This document shows, piece by piece, positions 13,587 through 27,414 of a stretch of 64,000 nt of DNA (the stretch's first letter is position 1; every line of letters begins with the position of its first letter). The stretch spans positions 6,277,200 to 6,341,199 of the forward strand of contig OZ199839.1 of the NCBI GenBank assembly GCA_964304625.1, given 5' to 3'. The position numbers were made by a program, and so were the translations under genes. The notes below the pieces were generated by a model. It had not been told where the DNA came from. It made no database searches and saw only the letters and a list, made by a program, of their open reading frames with translations. This DNA comes from Kudoa neothunni (taxonomy: Eukaryota; Animalia; Cnidaria).

Positions 13587-15511
13587 CAGTCGAACCTGGA
13601 TATTGCGTAATTTCACAAGTTTATTGAAATATAACGATATTGTTTAGATTTTTTACATACAATTTGCTTGTATACTATTCAAAATAATGTTAACTGAGCA
13701 AGCAAAGATAAAAAGTTTTTACTAACAATGTATAAATTTAAGATAGCGCGCTAAAACTAGAACCTCTCTATTGCGTAACATTTTGTTTAGTTCTATCCCC
13801 ACTTAACCTTCTCTTCGAATTCTGCGAAACAAAAATGGCAAGGAATCAGCGAACAGTAACTGAAAAAATTAAAATTATCTAATATTATAATTCGATTAAA
13901 TCATTCCAAGGAGCAAAAGCAATGATTGTTAGACATTTCAAGTTATCTAGTAATGTAAACTTATCAAACCCCATTAAAGTATATTTGCAGGGCACTCTAC
14001 ACTTGATATAATTTTAGCTGCTCAAAATTATATTTATTAATTCTACTATTTCAGATTCAAAAAAAAGAATAAAAGAAGGCAAATTCACGGAGTTGGATAA
14101 TTTACTCTATGCATAGATCACCAAAATGCGAAATCAGAGGAAGATTTTCCCTGCTTACATAATTGTTGAGAAGGCCAAAAGTATCGCTAAATCTATGGCA
14201 ATTGACCAATTTACCGGTGGTAACAGTTGGGTCGTGAGATTCAAAAATAGATATGGTATTCATTATAAAAAATTTCACGGCGAAGCCAACAGTGTGAATA
14301 ATCAAACTGTAATGGAGGTTTTCGTTAAATTCCCAGAAATTTCACTAGGATACGAAGAATGCAGCATAATAAATATGGATGAAACGTCCCTTTTTTATGA
14401 ACAGTTACTCCTACACACGTATATTCTAAATGACGAAACCGACGTGAAAGAAATTAAACAATCCAAGAAAAGGGTTATCGTTCTTGCGTCTGCGTCTTTA
14501 ACAGGAAAAAAATTCCCACCAGTTGTAACATTGAAGTATCAAAACCCAGGTGTTTTAATAGATCAGAGTCATTTCCTTTGAAATATTATACCAACAAATG
14601 CGTGGATGTCTTTAAATCCCATGATAATAAATTCCAAGAAGAAAAAAAGGAAAGTTTTCATTTTGTTAAATCAATGTCCGGTGCATTCACAAAAGCTTCA
14701 TGAATTTGAAAATATTGAACTGGTGTTTTTACCTATAAACATTACAAGTGTACTACAGCCAACGGACCTTGATATAATACGCAATTTAAAATGTCAGTAC
14801 CGTAAACTTTTGACAAACTATCAATTATCTGAAGAAAACAATTCAAATTTAATTAAGTATACCGTTTTGGATTGTATTAATACATTGAAGTGGGCATGGG
14901 AAAACGTATCATCGGCTACTATTCAAAATTGTTTCGGAAAATCTTGACTTTTTGAAAATTATGATTCTATCCTTCATCATATTGAAAAAAAATTATAAGA
15001 TGGTGAAAACTTACCTCAAGATTTTCTTGATAATGATAGTGGTGCAAATTTTGTCACATTTTTCACTGTTCATCGACCTTATTTCTTAGAGAAAAAATTT
15101 GACGAAATCAACAAAAATATTGAAGACAAGGAAAAATTCCACGAAGAAACAATAGATTTACCTGAAACTCACGAAATTGATCAATTTAAAGAAAATATCG
15201 ATCCGGATTTTGTAAAAGATGGAGCGCTTATGTCAATTTCAGAATTAAAACAATCGATTAATTTAATCAGGAAAGCTTTTAGGTTAGAAAACCCAACAGC
15301 ATTATTTTCGACGAATCTAGCTATGGATTTCATATCTAAAATAATTCAAAAAACGCATAAACAGGCGGAAATTGCTTATTGTGTTAAACCCAAATAAATT
15401 ATTGTTTTTATGCATAATGCGCTCGTGCCAGTACCCTATATTGCGTAATTTCTCCATATTACGTAACTTTTTGGGAATTGAAAAAAATTCCGCAATATCC
15501 AGTTTTTACTT
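13587..15511 (+). mobile_element. Tigger/pogo DNA transposon, frameshifted (CENP-B HTH + DDE_1)
   Basis: TIRs cagtcgaacctggatattgcgtaattt / aaattccgcaatatccagtttttactt. Motifs WVVRFKNRYGI, INMDETSLFY and FLPINITSVLQPTDLDIIRNLK in ORFs 14126-14581 and 14606-14947. Confidence 0.9.
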
Positions 15512-15606
15512 CGGTTACTTAGAGTCAATAAAAAGAAAAACGCAAAAATGCGTGTCGTGGGATCCAAGCGGACCTCGCTCAGCACCAGGAGGGTTAAATA
15601 TTAAAA

Positions 15607-18600
15607 GGTAGTGGCTATATCTCAGGTACCTGATAATCCGGTCGTTCTCAGGCTATATCTCAGGTAATCAATATCTCTAAAACTACCTACTCAATATTGT
15701 TTTACCAGATTCCACATATCATCTTATATTTATCTAACTTAAGTTTTTGTAGATTTTTGAAAAATTAGAAAAAAATTAATTTTTCTTTGTGTGATCATAC
15801 ACAAGTCCAACAGCAGCTGGGCACGATTTTTTATTTTTTTAATATAATTTCATCAACTAGCATCATTATACACAAAATATAGAAATAATAATAATTTTTG
15901 TCTTTTTTTTAAGAAATTAACATTTTTCACGTTATATGAAATAAAACTAATAATGGATTTAAATATTAGTTTAAGCGATCACTCAATAAAACAGCTTTCA
16001 TATGACACATGTAGAGGATTATTCTCAAAATTAAATTTTTTTTATATATTTAATTTTAAAGTTATAATTTTATTTCTTTTTCTTTATAATTCCGATTGCA
16101 GTTAAACGACTTCCTCGTGGTCGACCAATCGATGTAACTTTAGAAGGAATCACTAGATCTAAACAAAAATTAGCATAATTTTTTTTTAGGTTTAACCTTT
16201 TAATTGAGGTTCTACGATGGCGTTTGATTCATCGTTACAATCAATTTGTTCTTCCAGAGGATTAAAACCATCACTGGAATTAAGTTTTGGTATTTTGGTA
16301 AGTGAGATTTCTATTAAATTTATCGATGACTCCTAATTTTTATTAGTTAAAGTAAAATTATAAATTTTACACATTTTCTTGAAATTCAGTTTCATCTTTA
16401 ATTATATAAAATTTAATATTTCATTTATAAACAAAAATCATATGTATCAAGGAACTGATCGATAACCATGACATCGTGACTTCTAATTATTTTTTCCAAT
16501 AGATTTATTGATTTTATTGATTTTTCGAAAAATTCTCCGCAAAATTCGGAAGTTGTGTTGGCTAGTTTGGTTGTAAAATTTGACGCGTACTTCAACTTTT
16601 GTCCAAATGTCTTTATGTTAATTTTTTGTTTCTTTTCAAGAACAACAGTAGGAAGATTTTCTGTATTATTTTGAGTTGTAGATTCCGCATTTAAAAACTT
16701 CATTCCGTATGCCTTTTTCCATCGATCATTGCATAATGTTTCACAGAATAACGGGAGTTTTTCTGATAACCGTAACTTAGAATATGGCGACATGGTAATG
16801 AAAATGAGCGATAAAATAAACAATGACACGTTGATCGACTTGTGGTTTCATTTGAGTTAGCGAATAATGCAGCATTGTCCAAGAATTTATGTTCTTTTTG
16901 AAGCATGATAAATGCATACTTCGTCAGACATTCTTTATAGTGTAGAACCTGGTTGTTGTTGAGAATATCGTTTGATTCATAATACAGTTGATTAATTGAA
17001 GAAACTTCCCTTTCAATTCTAAGTGAACTTAGAATTTAAAAAAAACTTTGGATGAAGTTGGCCAACGAGCTGAATTTTTGGACAACACTTAATTTTGGAA
17101 TTTATTACTTCAAGGCGATTATTGGTTTCGTTGTCGTAAAGATTTTTCGTATTGCTGATATCAATGACCCATTCATTGTATATTCCTTCCCAATTTCTTT
17201 TGAAATATTCACTTAATTTGGGATTTTTAAAATCGTGAATCTGGTCAACGTAATGTAAATATTTATTGTAGTCAGTCGGGTACATCATTTTTTGTAAACA
17301 ACTTAAAATCTCTTGTCTTTTAGTAGAAGATATTTCAAATTTGTAAACGGTGATATGTCTTTGAAAAATTTGATTCACATGAAATTTACATAAAATGAAT
17401 GATGATTGTGGAAAACTTAATTTGAGACATTTTCTTAGCTTTTCATCCTTGTCTGTAACGGTGGTATGTACGTTTTTTGATAAGTTTGGTATAAATTTTG
17501 CCAAAGTATTACAAAACCATTGGATGGAATCTTCCGTCTCGTCGTAGAGAATGCAGGCACTCGAAATATGAGTCAAACCAAAAGAATCCTCCCCAGCAGA
17601 TATGTATAACGGGGCCCTAAAACTATAAAATTATTCATCCGTTTTCAAAAGTTACCTTGAATTAAGGAGTTTATAAGTTGCATCAACGAACATAACCTCA
17701 GGATAAAATTCCATTAACGACTTTATGTTTATCATATAAAATCTTAACGTAACATTTGAAATCTTCTTTCAACACTTTCTCTATTACACATAGGTTATCA
17801 CAGAATGAGTCTTTGTTTGCTCTAATATTGTGGATGGATTTCAAACGGATGTTTTTACCCGTTTCGTTGTAAATTTTATTTTGAATTAATTTTTTATTGG
17901 CCCTAAGGTGAATTAATTCTACGAGATTTGGGTCATTTAGGTGAATTTTTCGTTGTTTTGGTAGATTTCGATATAGCACTGCACTTAAATCATGATTATG
18001 TTCTAATATACTAGAACGTACTTCAAGTGCTACACCATCAACAGAGGTCCTAAGGTATAAAACCAAGGGGCAGTTTCCCTTTAATGCCGGTTTGTTTCTA
18101 ATTCCATCGGATTTTGTTTTATTCTTGCCACTGAAAATACAACGATATGTAATTTCATAATACCGCAGAGATTGGTTAATTGATTTTGTAATTCTATTTC
18201 GAATATTCGAAATAGTCCTCGCTTGATATTTATAAAGATTGCAAAAGTTTGATTCTTCGTAATTTTTTATAGCATTATCGAGTTTCTTGAAAGAACGAAA
18301 TCGTTTTCCAATTGCAAACAAATTTGAACTCATCCTGTGCCACGCTAATTAGAAAGAGAAATTGCGCTCTCAAGTTATACATAACTCAGAAATTTATTAT
18401 TATTTCTATATTTTGTGCATAATGATGTTAATTGATGAAACTATATTAAAAAAATAAAAAATCGCACCCAGCTACTGTTGGACTTGTGTATGGTCACACA
18501 AAGAAAAAATAATTTTTTTTTAATTTTTCAAAAATCTACAAAAACTTAAGTTAGATAAATATAAGATGATATGTGGAATCTGGTAAAACAATATTGAGTA

Positions 18601-18643
18601 GGTAGTTTTAGAGATATTGATTACCCGAGATATAGCCATTTCC
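15607..18643 (-). mobile_element. Mutator-like element (MULE, SWIM-type), defective copy 1
   Basis: ~270-bp TIRs starting GG(T/A)(A)GTGGCTATATCTC; 9-bp TSD atattaaaa/atataaaaa (8/9 match). N-terminal zinc finger (C...CP...HNH), FVDATYKL, LCKFH, TNNRLE, SWIM CHC...LPCRH and a GRP AT-hook. Confidence 0.93.
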
Positions 18644-19016
18644 ATATAAAAATTTGCCTATTTAAGTTTTTTATAATACGTTTTTCAATAAAATGAAGCT
18701 CAAGAGATAAATATTTTAACCTGGAAATTTATTAACATAATTCGATCAGATTCTAAATTAATAAAAACTATAACTACAGTTAGTCATATAAAGCTAATTC
18801 GAAGTCAATATAAAATTGAGAAAAATCTTAGTAAATCACGTAATTCTAAAATAAGTAAATATCAGAAATCTTATTTTTCTCTCTAAAAACGCAAGCGAAA
18901 TTCAAAAAACAATAAATTCAGCTAATGACTTAGAATATCAAATAATACAATGTGATCGAATAATTTCTATCATAAATACTACCTATTAACTATAGTTAAC
19001 GAAAATTATTTGAATC

Positions 19017-22000
19017 TCACTTCTTCTTCAATACCACGATTCCACCTATCACTACGACCACAACCACAGCAACGCACGCGATAATGATTCTACAAAACAG
19101 TTAGTTTAATTATCAGCATCTATAAAATATTCACATAAGTTTTGTTTTATTCCTAAAAAGTATTGAATTAAAAAAAGGAAGTTTACTAAGCTCACCCTGA
19201 ACTACTCTTTGCTCCTACAATACATAACTCTAAACTACATTATAAACAAATAATAAACCTTGTTGTATGTCAGCACCGCCAAAAATTGTATCGTCATGAA
19301 CACTGTAAACAGTCAAATAATAGTTATTTCCATCAGTTAAATTATTTATTTTGAATTCTTTACATGTCACAAAGGCAGTGCATCTGTCTACGTTTCTTCC
19401 CATGCAAGATTTTACTACCGCATTTGATTTGACACTACTGTTACGTAACTCCCATTTGCATTTTGATTTATCGTTCATACTGGCTGGAACTGTGGTGGTT
19501 ACAATGAAACTGTTCCCATCACGTGTAATGACGACTGATATCAATTTGGAAGAGTCAGTTGGGTTTACTCTTGGTGTACCTAATATAAGTTTCGTTGAAA
19601 AAATTCTTAATAGAGACATTAAATGTAGTACTCGATTCTATGATATGCTCTTTTTGTGAGGATTTCCCGATAGCTGTGACTAAAATTTTGTATGCATTTG
19701 CTGCTTCATACTCGGGAAATGTTATGGAATTGCAAAAGGGATTTGAAGAACATGTGTTAATGCTGTTCGCAGCACCATCACGTTGTGTATCTGAATTATC
19801 TGAAACTGACGATTTCGCCGTTGGCATTAGACCACCGTCTGCTACAACTGGTACAGCAATTCTAGCTATACTGAGATCTGCAGAACTTGAACTGGGAGGA
19901 GCAGCTACTGGGGGTGTCGGTGCTATTGGAGCGGTAACAGATGTGGTTACTTTCGGCACCGCTGGACATGTGTAGAAGTCTGTGTAATCGTTACCAGTCT
20001 TCTTTTTTACGATATAACTACAAGTTGCACTTGGATCCACGGAATTTAATCGTGCTATTAATGACAAACCATCCAAGGTGATCTTGTGTGTTATTGTTAA
20101 TGTTGTTAATGCTATAAAAAATTTAAAGAATAAATTATAAGTTCAATAACCTGTTTGTATATTTGTGTAATCTTTTATATCGTAGTCCTTATGTGCAATC
20201 ACTCTGATGTCATAAGCTGTGTTTGGCTCAAGGTCTTCTATCGTAACTTGTTCACTACACATTCCTCTACACGGACTGATGCCATTGCATTTCGCATGGT
20301 AAAAACTGTTCAATCCAGTTGGACTTACCAAATACTCACAGGTTGGTTCAGTTTTCTTTTCATCATTTGTAGTTGAAGTAATAGATATAGCTGTAAGAGA
20401 GACTGTCGTGTCTGTATTTGTTGGTGTGGTAGTTCCATAATCTTTATTTGCTCCCTTTGCTATATAATTCGTTATTTTATAAAATAAATATAATGATTTA
20501 CTTGTTCTTAGGAATATTTTCTCTTTATAACTTGCTGGAAGATTAGTGCCCTCAAATTTTATCTCCATCATGTATGCTTTCCCCGCTGTAAGCTCCTGAA
20601 TCATCAATTTTGTTGTGCAGTCAGTTTTGCAATTGCCATCAATTGCACTGGTACTATCACATTTTGCGAGGGTTAGAGCGGTTGGCCTTGGTTTATCAGC
20701 AAAATAATGTTCAAGAGTACACGTAGTAAATGTTGGTGCAGATGCTGCTTTTAGTGAGGAAACATCTAACTTAACACCAGCGCCGGTATGAGAAGAAAGC
20801 AATCCCTCACTCGATTCAGTAAATGCTAAAGAAAATAATAAAAAAACATATTAAATTACGGATTACCAAATTTAGTTTTTTTGTAACCTTCCAAACTAGT
20901 ACCAGTAGCTCTTATGTCGTGATGCCTTGTTTGGATTAAAATTTTAAATAACTTTTTTTCCGCATCGCCAATTAATTCGACATACTTACAAGGAGCATAA
21001 CACATTTTACCAGTACCGCCGCAAACAGACGTATATGATTCTCCGTTCGCTGAATCCTGACCATCTTTAATACTGAATAGACATATTTCGGACGATGGAG
21101 AATTGGTGAATTTAATTCCTACCTTGTTTCCAGTTTTTTTAACAACGTAAAATTGAGGATCATAAATATCTATATTTTCCTTCATATATTGATTGGGCAT
21201 ATAGTAAAAGAAACTGGGATAATTTTTGCATCTCACTTCGTAGTGCGGTAACAATAAATCAAAGTCAACTTTGTTTGCTGAATTCCCATTATTACATCCT
21301 TCCCCTTTGGTACCAACTTCATATTGGATATCTTTATAATAAATTGGGCAATCTACGGGAGCACAAGTTTTGGCTAGGAACTGCAGCTGTTTATTATGGC
21401 TGGTCGTGTCTGTCTGTGTAGACATGATAATTTGTGGATTGGCCAATAAAGCTAAATTCAATCGATTTTCATATTAAATTCAATTAATTTACGTATTGAA
21501 TATCCGAATACTTTTGAACCTGCTCCTTGAGTTTTATCTTTAATATCAGCTGTGTTTGCGCCTACGAAAACATATATGTATTTGGTTCTTGGTGATAGTT
21601 TTTCATAGGTGATTGTATTCACATCACTATTACAATCAACAACGCAATTATTTGGAGCAGCACTGTCATTAGCACTGCAGCTGTCAATGTTTAAAAACGC
21701 AGCATCTGGTACCGAAGCGCTAGAACTAGTAGCCTTTGCAATTTCTGCCTCGTTAGATCGCCTTATAAGACATTTTTGGCCAATTCCATATTCAGAGCCT
21801 CCAAGTATGAGTTTAATTCTGTCTGGGTCAGCACCTGAAGCTTTCAAAATCTGGTATTTTAGAATTTTCGTTGGGGATGCAACTGCCGGTGATGCTGAAT
21901 TAGGAGAACCTGGATTTAGTGCAGCATTGATTATGCCTGATCCTGATATTAAAACGCCTAAAATTACATTAGTATTAAAATTAACTCGCGAAGATACCTA

Positions 22001-22031
22001 AAACAAGGTAGAGAAATCCAGCTATTTCCAT
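19017..22031 (-). CDS. Paralog D: short divergent Cys-rich FN3-like type I membrane protein
   Basis: Spliced start MEIAGFLYLVLGVLISGSGIINA. ORFs 21458-21847, 20856-21461, 20143-20802, 19555-20076 and 19230-19619 are linked by short introns. Motifs LSPRTKY, LTAGKAY, LEPNTAY, LTDGNNY and PSSEICLF (cf. EPSEICTF in A). Two micro-exons, then IIIIACVAVVVVVVIGGIVVLKKK*. Confidence 0.85.
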
Positions 22032-22208
22032 GATTGACAATTAAATGACTTACGAATTGATGATTCGGAATACAATTGTCCCGAATTCACTCATTTGTAT
22101 ATATAATGATTTATTCAATGACAGATAGAAAAATTTACATTAGATAGTAATTATTCAAGTTATTTGAAAATTAATTTAAACCATTTTTTGTTACCTACCT
22201 CAAATCGG

Positions 22209-23850
22209 TGTGGTAAATTAATTAGAACTATAGCGCAAATAGACAACTGCAAACTCAAAACCAAGATAATGCGAGCAGGATTAACATTGGGTAAACAATG
22301 TTGATCCGCCACATATAACCCCCCTAAAGTTTGAGGGTTAAATTTATAAATGTTTGGTTGTTTAATTAGTCGGCCATATCGAGGTCTAGTAGGTTGTTTG
22401 TTGGGGGAATCGCAGCTTGGCGACGTGCTCATAGAAGGAAGGTTTTCGTTCTGTTCGAAATAAGCTGGTTTTAGCCTATCAATCGATACATTAACTATTT
22501 TGTTTTTTACCTGAACTTAAAGGTTTTATCTCCTCTAGAAAAAATTTTGAACGGACCATCGTACGGCGGTTTCAGGGGGATCATTGCCTATCTCTCCGAA
22601 TGTAGACATAGTGGCTATTTGTTAGGTTTTTTGGGATGTATGGTGTTTGTTTAATGTGTTTTGAGGTATCAAATAGACAGTATTATTTGATGGTTTGTTT
22701 TAAATTTTGCACAAAGCCAGTAGGGTCGATGAAATCAATCTTAGGAAGGATTTTACCGGGTGTTTGACAGAGTGGCCGAATACGATATCTGAGGGAGAGA
22801 GCCCAATATCCAACTTAATGGTGTTTTTAATGCCAAGCAGAACCCAAGGAAGTTGGTCTGTCCAGGTGTAATCGGTGAATATTGTGGTAATAGAAGTTTT
22901 CAGATGTCGATGAAACTTTTTCACCAATCCATTTGCCTGTGGGTGATATACTGTTTTACGGCATAATTTTATTACCAGTAGATTCAAAATATTCTCCCAT
23001 ATTTTGGATGTGAATTGTGATCCTCTGTCGGAAGTTATGATATCCGGTATTCCAAATCTAGAGATCAAGTTGCTGATAAGTACTCTGGCGCAATTAAGTG
23101 TTGATGTATCCACAATAGGAATTGCTTCTGGCCATCTAATGTATCGGTCAATAATTGTGAAAAGGAGTGTAAAGCCGTCGAAGTATGGTAAATGTCCAAC
23201 TATATCAACATGTATATAGCTAAAGCGATTTTTGGCCAAGGGAAAGATATGAAGTGTTGAACGTGTATGTTGTGAACATCGAATGATTGGCATGGTAGCA
23301 TTTTCTCCCCCATGCTCTTATTTCTTTATTCATATTTGGTCGTATATACCGTTGGATAATTGGCTTCAACGTAGAACGGATCGATGGATGCGATAAATAA
23401 TGGAATTGTTTGAACAGTCTTTCCAGCAACATTTCAGGTACCGAAGATCGGTTAGTGCCTATCGATATGTTGCACCAAAGAATAATGTGATCGGGACCAA
23501 ATACGCGTTGAGAAATTTAAAGTTTAATATTTTTTGACAATCCGAAATGAGTGATTGATTTCACTGTTGTTCAGATTTGAGATGTTGAGGATTAACTTCT
23601 TTGAGCTCGACAGATGGTGGCAACAATGTGAATATTCGTGATAAATTATCCACTATTAAGTTTTCGCAACCAGGCAAATATTGTAAATCGGTTGTATATT
23701 CGGATATAAAGATAGTTGGCGCTGTTGCTTCGCAGTCCAACATTCAGAATTCTTTCATATAACAGTGAGTAGTGGCTTGTGATCGGTAAAAACAGGAAAA
23801 TTCCTTCCTTCCAAATAGAAACGAAAATAACGTACTGTTAGAGAAGGCCA
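22209..23850 (-). mobile_element. 5'-truncated Ty3/Gypsy LTR retrotransposon (RNase H end, integrase, PPT, short 3' LTR)
   Basis: Integrase core HVDIVG, RWPEAIP, ITSDRGSQFTS, YHPQANGLV; SHPS zinc-binding region; YLPGCENLIVDNLSR. PPT aggggggttata then TGTGG...CCACA (22313-22209). Confidence 0.88.
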
Positions 23851-24757
23851 AGTTTTGCGGATAGCACGTGCTCAACATGTATAAATTGGTGACGCGCGAA
23901 TTACATTGCGTGTAGAATGATGGAACAAAACGATATTGATTGCTTTTATTAATAAAAATAACTTAAAATAAAGATAAAATTTTACATTTCCCATATAATA
24001 CCGATAATAAAGCAGATTTCTACCAGTATTGGGTATGTCATACACGAAATTGCAAAGGACGGCTGTAGATATTCCCAGCGTAAAAAATAGAGAGGTAAGA
24101 GCCATTAGACTTGCGTGACGAGAGTCATTTATGGAAATATTCAATAAATACAAATATATTTTTTCTTTAACATTTAATTACTTTTTGACCGTCGCAATGT
24201 ATGCTGGGCTTTCTGCCAATCTTTATAACATTTAATTCCTGGCTTGTTAATCTTGTAATTTTTAAGAATTTTGAATTTTATTTTGTTTAATTTATATCTA
24301 TTCTATACTTATTCTATATTTATCAATGTTTCTTTGGGATTTTAATGTTGTATAGTTCAAAATGTTTCATCTTCCTATTATTATTATTATTAATATTTAT
24401 TATTATAGAGTTTCCCAATTAAAATGAGATTTTTTGCAATAAACCTGATATTCATTAAGTTTGATAATTGGAATATTAAAATCTCAAATTCTGTTAACTT
24501 AAATTCTGCGCAGAACAACATTTTTAATATATCGATTTAACAAATCTAATAATAGCAACAAATAAATTTCTTATTTATTAATTATTTCTTTGTTTTCTGC
24601 CTTTCATAAATACTTTGACATCATCCTATAAAAGCTATCACAACGCGAAGCATTAATCTCGTTAAATCTAGATGATATAATTCTTTTAATTGTCTCCCAT
24701 TATTTGTTTCTACCATTATAACCAAATTTTTCCACACGGAAAAAATATTCTCTATAG

Positions 24758-25350
24758 CAGAGGTTCTCAACCGATTTTTTAAAGTTACCCCCTTAACTTG
24801 AGCGCCAAATTCATATTTATCTTATGTTTTGATACTGGTTTACCTATAGCAGAGGCTATTTGAGGGGTAAATTCTGGTCCTAAATGGCACGTACGCTTGC
24901 ATAATGACAATTTTTTTCCCATCAACTCTTACTCACAAGCTGTATACAGATTTAATTTTTTAGTTTTTGTCAAATTAGATTAGTTCATGAATATTCGTTT
25001 GCTCCAAGGCATAGAAATAATCAAAACTAATGACACTTGAATATTATTTACCATGAAAATAGTCATTTTGAGTATTATTATTATTAGGTTCCATCACTCA
25101 AAGATAAAAGAAACATAAAACAAATAGATTTTAATAGTTTTATTAACTGCTGTTATAAACTTCTTCTTAAGAACATTTTAAGAATTTTTGCCGAATTCTT
25201 ATTGAAGTTAATAGCCCTGAATAATACAATTCCTTAGAAATCCTGAAGTACGTTACAAACCTATAATGCAAATATTCCTCCTATCTAATTTTGAAATTAT
25301 TTAATTTATCCCCTGTCATCTAAATTCCCCCTCCCTGTTTAGAACTTCTG
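24758..25350. mobile_element. Putative hAT-type MITE
   Basis: TIRs cagaggttctcaac / gtttagaacttctg (12/14 match) with tcta-type flanks. TSD not clean. Confidence 0.4.
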
Positions 25351-27414
25351 TTCTAGCTGATTAAACCAGATAAATCTTCTCTCTACTTAAAAGATATCAC
25401 TCTCAGCACTGCCTTATATTATTTCCTATTCTTGCATATTATAAATATCTTAAAAAAATTTACATTAATGAGGAAAAATGATTTATTATTTATAATCATT
25501 ATTGTTAAATATAAAATATAAACATAATTCATAATTAGAGGTATTAAAAGTTTTTTAAGTTTATTTCGATAACACCATTACACCCTTTTTCAGAGTTATC
25601 CATTTTAAAGTACTCTAAAACGACAGGTGAAATATCTTTTAACGAACAAACAAATGTGTATACATGCACATACAGGTTGTGTAGTTGTAATAGATTTGAT
25701 TTATTTGGTCGATTTGAGGATGGATCATCGAATAAGGGCTTAAAACAGTCTATAAATATTTAATTGTGATAATATAAAATCAAAAATTACTTCAACATTC
25801 GCTGTGTATATACACAAACTGACATTTTAGATTTTTGTCACCAACTCTTATCGTAAAATCTATATAGTAAATTTTAACGCGAAAATTAAAACTTTAATAG
25901 ATGTAAATGTGTTTAAGTAGTAAAGAAAATTATAGGTCTAGGCATCCTCAGAAATAGGAGAAATTCGTTTTCGTGACAATAGACAGCCCTGACATGGGTT
26001 TATACGCTAGCGTGATAATAGCTACTACCTTAAAAAAATGGTGCATACAAACAGATAAGATGTATTTTGTATAATACTCGAAAAATTTATTTTTAAATAG
26101 TTTCAATTTAATAATAACCTTTTTCTTAAGGATAAATTTTGATTAATGATAAAAAATAAATTTTTGAAATAAAACCGTAGATAAAATTGAGAACATTTAG
26201 AGTTATTGTGTCTTGTTAATAATTGCATGTGCATAGGAAAATGTTCTATGAGAAATTTTTAATATTTATATGTTATTTGATTTTGCTAAATCTTTTCTTT
26301 TTATATTCAACTTTAAAATGCAAATTAAGAAAATTAGTTCAAGTTGGTGAAATTGGAGTACCATACATCCTTTCAATACCCATATATTTCCATTAAAAAA
26401 TGAAATATGTCTATTGATAACTCAAAATTTGAACGTAATAACGAGTTTAGCGGCTAGTAATTATACAATTTCTTCGCTTTTGAATCATAGATATTGTATT
26501 TTATATTATACACATAACGTGGGGAGTCGCAGGTTGCCGACCCTTAGCACAATAAAATATTGATCAAAATAATTTATTCCTATAAACAAAATATTTTTAG
26601 AGAAAGTGAAATAAAATCATAAATATTAATTAAACTTTTTTGAAATTAATGACGAGTTTCGCATAATTTATGTTTTATAATTTCGAAAATTTAATATTCA
26701 ACATTACTCCCATAAATCTTAATCATTTTCAGTTATAGGCGAATGTTAGACTTCAATTACCTTCATATTTATAAGTTATAAATTATAACATTAAATAATA
26801 TAAAAATTATTGCACATAGTTTAATATCGTATTCATTAAGCTCGGTTAATTATTTTCATCCAAACATTGTATATTAATTGAATGATATTATTCATTATTG
26901 TATATAATACATTTAATGGCAAAACAATAAATAATTTTTTTATGATTTACCTGAATAATGCATAATTCAAAAAGTATAATATATGTCAATTGAAATGATT
27001 ACAATAAAGAAAAAATTTGTCCATGGAACATAAGGGATTCAAATATTTTATTCTCTCATTTATATGATTTTTATTAAAATATAAATTGGTTTCATTGTAT
27101 ATGGCGCATGCTCGTATATTATAGATGTCCACACCAAGTGATTCATCTAAAAAAGGATTACAAGGGATTATTTATTCAGTTTTTGTTAATCCGATGATAT
27201 TAGTTTGTTTTTCTAAAATATTGTTTCTCACAACCATAATAGTTGCCAGTTAACGGTGATAATCTAGTTGCATCCCTAAATCACCATCGTTTTTATTAAA
27301 TATGGAATTTGTTATTAGTCGGCTGAATGAGAACGATCGACGACTTATTCTAATATATTAATAAAAATATCTTTCGTGAATACATGTATTATTTGTGTTA
27401 TAAAATCTCCAAAA

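Noticed and set aside
15540-15597. Orphan piggyBac-like right ends (AGGG|TTAA here and at ~39095-39103)
   Set aside because: No matching left end or transposase could be tied to them.
19351-22001. Plus-strand ORFs over gene D, and similar antisense ORFs over A, B, C and the importin-like gene
   Set aside because: Shadows of the real coding strand; no independent motifs or splice structure.
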